This document shows positions 51,391-62,482 of a DNA stretch of 64,000 nucleotides, piece after piece. The notes under the pieces are model-generated. The model made no database searches. It saw nothing but the letters and a program-made list of their open reading frames with translations, and was not told the DNA's origin. This DNA comes from Octopus sinensis (lineage: Eukaryota), in contig NC_042997.1 of NCBI RefSeq assembly GCF_006345805.1, positions 95,790,001 to 95,854,000 of the forward strand, written 5' to 3'. Made by a program: the position numbers and the translations under genes. How positions within the stretch are numbered: the first letter of the stretch is position 1; every line of letters starts with the position of its first letter.

Positions 51391-52620
51391 CAAATACCAT
51401 AGATATTAGTAATGTGACAATCGATGCATCCGTTATTTCTATTCGAGTCAGTGCTGACTTTATTTGTGTGTGTGTGTGTGTTGTGTGTGTGTGTGTGTGT
51501 GCGCGCGATTGTGTACGAGTGTGTGCGTCTGGAAAGGAAATGCGTTGTCACTATCGTAGCTTCTTGTTGAGTAGTTTTTTTTCAACCAAATATCTTAATC
51601 GTGTTGTTTGATACTGGTCGAATCGAAAATGTGTTGATTTGACACCAGTATCTGTTTATTTAGTACATTTCAGCCTGCTGAATGCATTCGGATCACTAGG
51701 ATATTTTATTCCCTCCAGATTTTGAGGCTCTGTAAAGAGTCATGGGCTCTGCTATTGTCTCTTAATTAAAAGATTAAAATAAAATGGCTCTCTTCAATTT
51801 CTGTGCAGAAATCTTCAATAGTTACAGTTTATTTTTTAGGAATATTAGAGAATGTAGTATCTCTAAAACTAATCTCTCATTACTTGAAATTGGTGCAATT
51901 AAATCCTCTTCTGATAGTCGCTTTGAGTAGGAATAGTATCGCAAATTTGATTTGTTCTAGATACACTACACAAAGATGTGGTATTGAAGTGGTGATAAGC
52001 GATTAGATCGATTATTGATGCCAGTTGTTATCTTTATTCATTCCAATACTCGAAGATTTCGTTAACGCTAAACGATATTGATTATACTTGACTGTAAATA
52101 AAGTTCTCTAACGTATTGCTTTTTTACAAAGAGATATTTGGAAGGAGACAATTGCTCATCAACCCCTTTCCTATTTTACTTTTGCACTTTTGAAAATACG
52201 CAAAAATTTGCTCGAATGCTATAAAAAATTGACTAAGTTTATTATGTTAGTATGATTCCTAATACCTAAGGGTCACAGAACAAAGCATGCATCCATATAG
52301 CACCAATTCGTTAATGGACTTTTGATAATTGACAATTAAGCCACTTCACTTACACTTATAATGACTTGAAAAAGTGCAAACGTCAGTGACTACATTTCAC
52401 ATATGAGAGTTTTCTTAGTCCATTCAGTAAAATATCTTTTATTTCACCTTTCATATTTTCATATAATTCTAAACAACGCAACACGAAAGTATTTCATTAT
52501 AATTCCCGTAGAAAATAGCAACAAAATTTTGTAATATAATTCTATATTTAAGAGATGAGGAATTAAGTACATTATTTACATTATTTACATTATATATATT
52601 CGGTGGATATATGTGCCCAC

Positions 52621-52695
52621 GGGCATACGGCGTAGTTAAGAGCGCGGGCAACTAACCTCAAGATTCCGAGTTCGATTCCAAGCAGTGACCTGAAC

Positions 52696-52730
<35 letters not shown>

Positions 52731-52885
52731 TAATAGCAATAATAATAGCATCGAAGAATACATTAGGAATGAGAACCCAAGTTCGAAATTTCCCCAAGAC
52801 ACCCGAAGAAGGCTGGAGGGTATATCAGCCGAAACGTTGTGTTAACAACAAACAAGATGAGGACAAATATCCGTCGAATGTAAAT
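52621..52885 (+). mobile_element. tRNA-headed SINE-like element with (TAA)n spacer and hammerhead tail
   Basis: GGCGTAGTTAAGAGC A-box remnant, GAGTTCGATTC B box 52668-52678, (TAA)n 52696-52745, hammerhead fold at 52798. Confidence 0.7.
52798..52843 (+). ncRNA. Minimal type-I hammerhead motif (U4C)
   Basis: GACAC/GTGTT stem I; CCGAAGA; A; GGCTG-10nt-CAGCC; GAAA; ACGT; H17=U at 52838. Confidence 0.72.
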
Positions 52886-53409
52886 TATTTTTTTTAAATT
52901 ACAAGAAAAATATAATGGGAAAGACTATCATTATAACTTTAAAAAAAATAAAACAGCCGTACCCGCATATTCAGCACTCGTTTATTTAACTGGAAAGTTC
53001 TTTTACAACGCAACATCGCAGAATGAATATATGGGATTTTGCTTTGACAACAATGCATGTATGTGTGTCACCGAGATCGGTGGCTAATTTTACTCTTCAT
53101 TATATTCATTAATGACTTTTACCAGGTTACCTTTAACATTTCACTCCAGTGAAATTGACACAGCCAAATCTTCACTTCTCTTTAATTCACAATTCATAAA
53201 CGTTATCCACATCGAAACTGGATACCCTATATCAAACATATGCAGCTTCTATGACTAGAGGCCTCCAGAACACCCTCTAATGGACATATGGAACTATTGT
53301 TTTCCATCACCAGTGCGCAGACACTGACATTGCAAATATCAAAGAAACGATCACTAATTTCATTTTAGGAGAATAGAAAATTAAAACCACAACTATTACT
53401 ACTACTGAT

Positions 53410-53790
53410 TAAGGCGGTTAGTTTGCAGGATCATTTCACCCGGCTTTACACTCTGAATTCAGAATCTGCCGCCATCAACTTTGCTTCTAATCCTTTCGGA
53501 GTCGATAAAATATGTACCAACTGATCACTGGGGTTGATACGATCGAATAGCCCGCTCCCCACAGATTTCACGCCTTGAAATACTTAGTGGAACAAATCTA
53601 TGCCAATATTTAATGTTTAAGCTTATTACTTATTCTTTCGGTATCCTTTACTGGAGCGCAAGTTATAGGGCCGTAAACAAGCTAACATCGGATAACAAGC
53701 AATGGTGGGAGACAGTCAACACAAACACCACTCTGAAGGATTCAACCCAGGACTACATGGTTGAGAAGTAAGCTCCCCACTGGTACAGCC
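53410..53790. mobile_element. SINE family B (+, 53410-53545) and family C (-, 53615-53790)
   Basis: Diagnostic head, body and tail matches to other copies. Confidence 0.55.
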
Positions 53791-53833
53791 ATGTCTACGA
53801 TACTCTTTCAGTTTCTCTCTCCCTACACACACA

Positions 53834-53923
<90 letters not shown>

Positions 53924-53927
<4 letters not shown>

Positions 53928-54142
53928 GAAATATTAAAATTACTAAGTCTCTCTAAAGGAGATTACGGCAGCGTTACTGGAAATTAATAGTTATCGCCAT
54001 ACTAATATGGCAGTGGAAGGTTTGTAATGGACGCAGGTTGTGTGTCAAATAGCTAGCTAGAGGCGGTGGCCTCTTGGAGCTAATCAGCGACAGCTTTAGT
54101 CTTATATTTATAAGACTGCCATATTAGTATGGCGATAACTAT
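53924..54142. mobile_element. Fold-back fragment of the 360-bp hammerhead repeat family in (TA)n
   Basis: 53924-54014 matches 57791-57881; perfect 28-bp inverted repeat 53987-54014 / 54115-54142. Confidence 0.8.
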
Positions 54143-54464
54143 ATATATATATATATATATATATTTAAGTAAATGTAGGGATAAGCAAATTAGATAGACC
54201 AATATATAAGGTATATTGAATATATGAAATGCAATATATATATATATATGTATACACATAAAAACTTCCAAGTTATACAGGATACAGATGATATAGAGAA
54301 TTAAAGGGGATGAGGAACAGTATTACAAATCCAATCCCTGATTCTGGGGTTTCGGTGGCCCATAATAATTTTTGTACATTGAGCCTCCGTCTTCAGAGAA
54401 GAGATCTTACATTTGTGATGTTAAAGGAAAGAAGTTCAAAGATGGAAATACATGTATATATTTA

Positions 54465-54680
54465 TAAAGGCAGCGAGCTGACAAAAACGTTAGTATGCTG
54501 AACAAAGTTCTTAGTAACATTTCGTGCGTTTTATGTTCTGAGATCAAATACTGCCGAGGACAACATAGCTTTTCGACCTCTCAAGGTCGACGAAATAATT
54601 TCCAGTTGAGCACTGGGGTCGATGTAATCGACTTAACAACAACACCGGAATTGTAGGTTTTGTGCCTTAATTTGAAACGC
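54465..54680 (+). mobile_element. SINE family B
   Basis: AAGGCAGCGAGCTGAC head, GAGATCAAATAC, GCACTGGGGTCGATG body. Confidence 0.65.
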
Positions 54681-54717
<37 letters not shown>

Positions 54718-54816
54718 TACACGCGCATGCACATGCACACACATATATACAAGGCGATTCGGCTAAATTTGACGATATTTTATATCTCCTGTTTTCAGGA
54801 ACAATTTGATGCAATG

Positions 54817-54868
<52 letters not shown>

Positions 54869-56574
54869 TATATATATATATATATATATAACAAAGTAAA
54901 AACGGAAGGTGCCGCACGAGTGAAAATAATATGAAGGGGATTTGAAAATGCAGGGTTCTTTTAAAGATGTTTATTGACTGGAACAGTTTCACTTTCTTTC
55001 AAACAAAGATTTTCAAAATTAAAGCGTAAGGTGTTAAAATTGTGGTGTTAAAAACTAGTTAACATAGATGTTTTAAAATACGGTGATAGAGTCTGATAAA
55101 CAGAAAATGTAAAGAAATAGAGTCTTTGACAATGATAAAAAAATCTTCAGAGACGCTATGTGTTTGAACAGTTTACATCAAATTGTTCAAAATAGGGAGT
55201 AAAATAAGTTCATAATTGTTTATAAGTTCAACAGAAATCATAATTGTTTATAAGCATATATACAGAAAGAATTTGTACATAGTATTTGATAGGAGAAAGC
55301 GTGTATTGCTTTGTCAATAGTTCATCAGAAATCAATTGTTTATATGGATTTTACGCGAATGATCAATCATTTTTCATTATCTCCAGTCTTGTGTACGTGC
55401 TTTTCAAGGATGCTTGCTATTTTTAGAAATATTGTGGGAGATTGATTGGAACTAGTCACATGATCTGATTTCGAATAGTTTGTGGAATCAAAAGGAATAT
55501 TTTTGTTTCTGTGCTAGTCTGTCATGGTTCGGTAGGTTTTTTTGACTGGTCTTAGAGTTCAAGATGGTGTTCGTGTCTGTATGTGTGTGTGTGCACGAGT
55601 CTATGTGTGTATGTATATATTCTTGTGTATGTGTGTGGTGGTTTTTGACTGGTCTTAGAGCTCAGCGTAGTGTATGTGTATGGGTCTGTGTATGTGTGTA
55701 TTTTACATTTAGCAATGTGGTGTTATTATATGTGTGAACATGTGTGTGTATGTGTAAGTCTGTGTGTGTGTGCGTGTGTATGTATGTGTGTGAGTGTGTA
55801 TATGTGTTTGAGTGTGTGTAAGTGTTTGTGTGTGTATGTGTGTGCGCGTGAGTGTATGTGTGTATGCATATATATATATATATATTTGCTCTACATAATC
55901 ATATTATACATATTTGGGATCAGGATTTTTCCGGGAGTGACAATCTGCCTCTCATTTGGTTCTTGAACATCTAGTATTGGTGGGATCAGGTCTGGCTGAG
56001 GATTTGTAATATGTTAGCTGAAAATTCAAATTTTAAAAGAACTCCGAAAATTCTTTGAAGTTCTTCATTTAAACTGAATTTAAGGAAATACCATATTGGT
56101 AGGGTACCAATAAATGCTTTACTATTATTGGTCCCTTTAGATTTGATCCGCAGATACAATTAGCCCTCTGCACAAGCTAACCTAAAAGTACGCACCAAGT
56201 GCGGCTTTTAAGCTAAAGTTATAATATATGCCTTAAGTATATGCAACTAATAGATCGTTCAGGGGACATAAAATTTAATAAATGTTAAGAGTTATTTCCC
56301 TTACATTAATTTTCTTTAAACATTAAAAAAATTTAATCTAGCTTTATTACATTTACGTTTTGTTGGCTAACTCTTTCGAAACACGTTACTTCGCCTCTTC
56401 GCAAATTTTGTATTCGACCTAGAGATGGATAGTCTTAACTTTCCATGTTTTCTATCATTGATTTATGTTAGAGGTAGAAATATACAGTCTTTGTATAAGA
56501 TCAAAATATCTTAAGTTAGTTATTTACTAAAGAACGTCCCGTGTTTAAATCATATCAATGTCAATTCTGCTTTT

Positions 56575-57080
56575 CGTAATTCTAAGGTCGACAAAATGAA
56601 ATACCAGTGAAGTACTGTAGACGACTTTCACGGCAAAAATTCTCCCCAACTTTCAGGTTATGTGTCAGGGATAAGCAGCATTATTTGTAGTTTCCAAATG
56701 CTATAAGGTAGCAGAATCATTAGTACGCGGGACAAAATTCTTAGCGGTATTTCGTCCGTATTTCGTTCTGAGTTCAAATTCCGCTGAAGTGGACTTTGCC
56801 ATTCAATCTTTCAGCATTTCTGGGTCGATAAAATACGCACCAGCTGAGTACTGGGGGTCAATGTAATTGACCCATCCCCCTACATACACCCCTCCACACA
56901 CAGGCAAATTTCTGGCCTTGTGCCTACAGTACAAAGAATTATTTGGCGGGATGGCAGAATCGTTATTAAGCTTGATGTTCTGAGTTTAAATCCCGGCTAG
57001 GTCGGATTTGCCTTTCATTCTATTGCAGTTAATAAAATACGTGCCAGTCTTTCTAGCCTAAAATTTCAGGTCTTCTTACT
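56575..57080 (+). mobile_element. Cluster of three SINE family B copies or fragments
   Basis: GAGTTCAAATTCC at ~56770 and GAGTTTAAATCCC at ~56982; GCCTTGTGCCTA tails. Confidence 0.65.
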
Positions 57081-57684
57081 ATGTGTGTATGTAGAAATAC
57101 ACACATATAGTAATATGATTAACGTCTGCCACTGAAAGCAGCACGTCTATATGAGATGTCTTCTCGGGACAAATAGAGCACTAATTATGCCTATCACAAT
57201 GTATTGACAATATGTATGATACAGAAATAGTTAAATGTAGTTTAATACAAGCACGATCGTTTTACGGAATTATATTATCGACTGTGTTTCAGGAGTTTCA
57301 CAGGTAAATTTTGCGTCGTATGTGAATTTTACTGCTTCTCTAGAAATTATTGCTTCTCCAGTAATTGATGTACTGCATCAAATTTTTAGTGAGTCTTAAG
57401 ATGCCATAAAACCCTCATACACTATGAGCCACTTCAAGGTTTTACAGAAAGTATCAGAAAATCGAATATAGCATTCAACTGTGAAAAAGTGTGACCCAAG
57501 ACGAAAATTCATTGATCTCGTTACAAAATGTTGCACTACAGCTTATAACATTTTTACAAAGAAACCTAAATATATACATGCATACATACGCACGCATGCT
57601 CATAAAAATACACATGCATACATATACATCTGCATAGACATACATACATATATATATGTATATATATGTGTGTGTGTGTGTATG

Positions 57685-57745
<61 letters not shown>

Positions 57746-57790
57746 ATATATATATATATATACATATATATTATATATATATATATATAT

Positions 57791-58416
57791 AATAGAAATA
57801 TTAAAATTACTAAGTCTCTCTAAAGGAGATTACGGCAGCGTTACTGGATATTAATAGTTATCGCCATACTAATATGGCAGTCTATAAATAAGACTAAAGC
57901 TGTAGCTGATTAGCTCCAAGAGGCCATCGCCTCCAGCTAGCTATATGACACACGAACCTGCGTCCATTACAACCTTCGAACAGGGGAGGTCAGCCGCTTC
58001 ACCTTGCTAGTCAGACATCTGCAGACATGTTTCAGGGTTGTTGCCCTTTATCAATGCAGCGTAGTCAGAACCAGCAGGTGTCGCTACTGACCGTCTGTTC
58101 GAAGATTTTATTTACCTAGTTACAGTGGAATACATCCACTTGTTTTCAATAATAGAAATATTGAAATTACTAAGTCTCTCTAAAGGAGATTACAGCAGCG
58201 TTACTGGATATTAATAGTTATCGCCATACTAATATGGCAGCCTATAAATAAGACTAAAGCTGTCGCTGATTAGCTCGAAGAAGCCATCGCCTCTAGCTAG
58301 CTATATGACACACGAACCTGCGTCCATTACAACCTTCGAATAGGGGATGGCCTCTTGGAGCTAATCAGCGACAGCTTTAGTCTTATTTATACACTGCCAT
58401 ATTAGTATGGTGATAA

Positions 58417-58421
<5 letters not shown>
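57791..58421 (-). mobile_element. 360-bp-period partial tandem repeat with hammerhead and terminal inversion (PLE pLTR or retrozyme-like)
   Basis: 57791-57985 is repeated at 58151-58345; ~75-bp inverted arm 58346-58420; (TA)n on both sides. Confidence 0.8.
58019..58059 (-). ncRNA. Minimal type-I hammerhead motif, U3-A8 core, GUC cleavage triplet
   Basis: Minus strand: CTGCA/TGCAG stem I; TTGATAA; AGGG-caacaa-CCCT; GAAA; palindromic ACATGT; H17=C at 58024. Confidence 0.78.
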
Positions 58422-58455
<34 letters not shown>

Positions 58456-58459
58456 TATA

Positions 58460-58558
58460 TAACGGTAAGCTTTATGAAAATAGACAAAAGACGAAGGCAG
58501 GTTTACGGAAATAAGCAAAAGACGAAGGCAGGTGGAATACAGACAAACAATTGTAGGA
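58460..58558 (-). mobile_element. 3'-terminal fragment of the Neptune-type PLE family
   Basis: Reverse complement of ~2798-2866 with an internal ~30-bp duplication; inside (TA)n. Confidence 0.8.
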
Positions 58559-58607
58559 TATATTTATATATGGATATATATATATATATATATATATATA
58601 TGGATAT

Positions 58608-58639
<32 letters not shown>

Positions 58640-58866
58640 CAATGAACATTTAAACACATAAGAAGTATCTTTCATAGGATTCCTTTCACGCTAGAAGGAC
58701 CAGCTAAAGTCCAAACCACTATTAGAGGTTAAAATCTCGAAGGGAATGAAAAATATAGACATTTACCGTCTATTTCCTGTACCATGATTGCTGACTTATT
58801 TAGCAAATATAATAGCGTGAAAGGAATCCTCTGAAGGATACCTCTTATGTGTTTAAATGTACACTG
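58640..58866. mobile_element. Tc1-type MITE
   Basis: ~54-bp TIRs (58640-58693 / 58813-58866), CA(A/G)TG...CACTG ends, TA on both sides. Confidence 0.85.
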
Positions 58867-59659
58867 TATTTATATGAATAATATATAGTTTATTGACTAA
58901 ATTTTCCTACACGCTAGTCCACAGGAAGTAAAAAATTTCTAAAGTCCTTATTACCCTGATATTATTAATTATCGATAATTTTTTTCTAGAGAATTGTTCG
59001 AAGAAATGCCGGTATCTTTTTGCTGACGAAATTAAACTGCGCTTGCGCGGTGGATTTGAAAAATTATAATGTATAAGCAAGAGGCACATGCTGGATTTGC
59101 CTCGTACTTATATGTTTAATCTAGGCATACCTGTTGATGAAGACTTCGCCTAGCAAATTATTTTATTTGCTGTTTCTGGATTGCAAACGCATACCCTTCT
59201 ATTGGACCGTGATAAACTTTTTTGGTGATCGCTGATACTACCATCACGGAGCTTTCTAGTAACATATCCATGCATAGACTTCTGCTCATATATGCTATAT
59301 CCTTTCATCTGATGATACATTGTAGTAGAGGCGTGCGACTTCTTTGGGCATGTAGTCTAGATTACAAGGCAAAGACTGTTGCTCAAGGAGCTGCCTTCCA
59401 TGTCTCATGATGTTATCAGCCTCATGTCCCAAACTGGGTCAAGAGATGCACGTCGACACTTGGTGGGTTATGATGCGACCTTCAAAGGCATTTTGGATCG
59501 ATGTTAAGCTTCTTCCTCCTTGTTTGCGTTTTAGGTTGAGGTGGTCTACATCATTTATGTGGAAATTATGTATGCTTGTTACTATTTTTCGGGTTTTCAC
59601 ATCACTGGCTCGTATCTCATCAAGCGTTCAGTCAAACAGCCCAAATGTTGGTAGGTATA

Positions 59660-59758
59660 TATGTATGCATGTATTATGTATGTATGTATGTATGTATGTA
59701 TGTATGTATGTATGTATGTATGTATGTATGTGTGTGTGTATGTATGTATGTATGTATG

Positions 59759-59792
<34 letters not shown>

Positions 59793-59925
59793 TGTATGTA
59801 TGTATGTATGTATGTATGCATGCATGCATGCATGTATGCATGCATGCATGCATGTATGTATGTATGTATGTATATATGTATGTGTGTGTGTGTATGTATG
59901 CATGTATGTATGCGTGCTTGTATGT
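59660..59925. repeat. (TATG)n/(CATG)n microsatellite
   Basis: Direct reading. Confidence 0.95.
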
Positions 59926-60017
59926 ATATAGGTTTCTACGTAAAAATGTTATAAGCTGTAGTGCAAACTTTTGTAACGAGGTCAATGAACCTTTGCTTTG
60001 GGTCACACCATTTCACG

Positions 60018-60055
<38 letters not shown>

Positions 60056-60883
60056 TATAAATATTTATTACGTATTATGTTTGGCTAGCATTCAACAATG
60101 AAATTTATGAATGAAACAGTTTTTCTGCTATCTCTTTTACTGGCAGCGGATCAAATGTGCTTTTAGAGATTGGACATCATATGCTGTTGATGATATTTCC
60201 GAATCGCGGTGTAGCATGAATTTATTTTTGTCACATTGACAAATCTATTAGCAACTTAATAAACAAATATACGACATTGTTTTGGCCTTTTAACAACTTC
60301 ATATTCAATAATGGCGGTGTGAAAGGTAGAAATGCAAAATAATTTTTTGTGACAACAATTTATTACATATTAGACTACTATATTCTAATATTACGGGTTC
60401 ATTTTATATTAGAACTGAATTTTAGCTTACCTGCAGAAAAATTTTAAGTAATTATACTCTCATATTCCCTATAAGAAAAGTTGATATTAGAGCTTCTTTT
60501 AAATAACTGGTTCATTCAATTTTCTTTTCATTCTGTCAGTCACTGGGCTACCACATGAAAATGTTTTTCCAGTCCATAAATCAAAACCAATACTTGTTTT
60601 GAGACTTATTCTATTCTAGTAATAATAAATATTCTATGCGTCTCGTTTGCTAGTAACTTTACGTTTGTTTCCCTTAAATGATGCATACTCTTATTATTTA
60701 CGTTATAAGTAGACTGACTGGTAGCAGCCCAAAGTCAGTTCAAGATAAGTAAACCCATTTGAGAAAGATTTGGCAGCCATTTATGGCAAACACATGCAGA
60801 AGTACAAGCGCACACACACGCACAACACACACACACGCACAACACACACACATACACACACACACACACACACATACACACGC

Positions 60884-60915
<32 letters not shown>

Positions 60916-61087
60916 GCGTACACACACACGCGTACACACACGCAAGAGCGCACGCACACAGAGATACACAAATGCGCCGAGAAATACATGCGCGCACGCA
61001 AACAGACACACGCATTACACTCACATATGCACACACACATACATATTTAGACTTATATAAATGTATGTGTGCATATACGAATGTACG

Positions 61088-61171
<84 letters not shown>

Positions 61172-61175
<4 letters not shown>

Positions 61176-61184
61176 GATAGATAG

Positions 61185-61249
<65 letters not shown>

Positions 61250-61299
61250 GGATGGATAGATGGATAGATGGATAGATAGATAGATAGATAGATAGATAT

Positions 61300-61352
<53 letters not shown>

Positions 61353-61417
61353 CAGATAGATAGATAGATAGATAGATAGATGGATGGATAGATGGATAGA
61401 TGGATAGATAGATAGAT

Positions 61418-61482
<65 letters not shown>
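61172..61482. repeat. (GATA)n/(GATG)n microsatellite
   Basis: Direct reading. Confidence 0.95.
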
Positions 61483-61489
61483 CAAGTCA

Positions 61490-62470
61490 CCAATCGTCAT
61501 TCAGCCATGCTTACCAGTTACGGTGATGATACAACAGTGTCTCAGGCGGTCAAGAATCCTGATGACGTAGTAAAACCGCAAAATGACCTGCATGCAATAT
61601 ATAAATTGGCTGATGAAAATAGCATGCAGTTTAATGCTAATAAATTTCAAGCACTCCGCTATCGGCTCAGAAAAAGACTACAGTCGGACTACATAGGACC
61701 AGGAGACAATGCAATCCCAGCATTATAATCAGTCCTTCACCGCGGTGTTCACATGAGTAGTGATGCGACTTTCCATATGTATATTGCCAAGATGTCAACA
61801 CTGTGAAAGCGAGCATCTGGATGGGTCCTTAGATCATTCAGAATCAGAAATAAGGATATCTTGCTACTCCTATGGAGGAAATTTGTCCTCGGTCGTCTGG
61901 ATTATTGCTCTCAACTGTGCTCGCTGCAGACCGTCAAACTGGCGGCCGAACCATTGCACAAAGAAGATTGACCCGATGAAACAGATCAGCTACTGGGAGA
62001 ACTAAAGTTTTACTCCCTGGAGAGAAAGCAAGAAAGGAATGCCGTGATATACATATGGAAGATACATATAGAAGATACTGGAAGGTCTGGCTCACAACTT
62101 TGGAATAAAAAACTATACCATGCACCCAACTGGACGGCACTGCATGATACCAAAGATACCGTCTTCTTCATCTCAAATAAGGACCCATTATTGCAACAGC
62201 CTGGGTTTCAGGGGACCACAATTATTTAACATCCTACCAAGGAACCTAAGAGATATGCATGTTGTAGATGTCGAAACATTCAAAAGGCACACGAACAAAT
62301 TTCTATCTGAGATTCCAGATGACGCTCTCCTCCATCCTGGCAGGAGGCACAAAGAAGAGCAGCTTCGTCAAATTCACTTCTTCAGCAAAAACTGTACCGA
62401 ACCGAGACTCCAAAATACTGAAAGGTGGTGTTCCAGCGTGGCTCCAACCTCTGGTTGTAACCAGTAAAAT
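61490..62470 (+). mobile_element. CR1/L2-group LINE, 5'-truncated and degenerate
   Basis: SYGDDT (YADD-like), MQFNANKFQALRY, VLRSFRIRN, RLDYCSQLCS, SLGFRGPQLFNILP...KFLSEIPD; GGTGGTG tail. Confidence 0.8.
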
Positions 62471-62482
62471 AATATATATATA

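Noticed and set aside
52621-52690. Functional tRNA gene
   Set aside because: The A box has a deletion, there is no acceptor stem or Pol III terminator, and it runs into repeat sequence; treated as a SINE-type head.
53085-53350. Possible CR1-like RT remnant (LLFIIFIND-like)
   Set aside because: Only one short motif is recognisable; too degraded to support.
59018-59065. CTGACGA, a GC hairpin and GAAA
   Set aside because: Stem II base is mismatched, and helix III and stem I are absent.
59134-59160. TTGATGAAGACTTCGCC resembling a decayed hammerhead 5' half
   Set aside because: No GAAA, and the U3/G8 combination is not compensatory.
2864-61500. Dozens of ORFs made of YIYI, CVCV, MYVC, HTHT, LSIY, NNN or RRR runs
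   Set aside because: They are translations of microsatellites that lack stop codons; no coding evidence.
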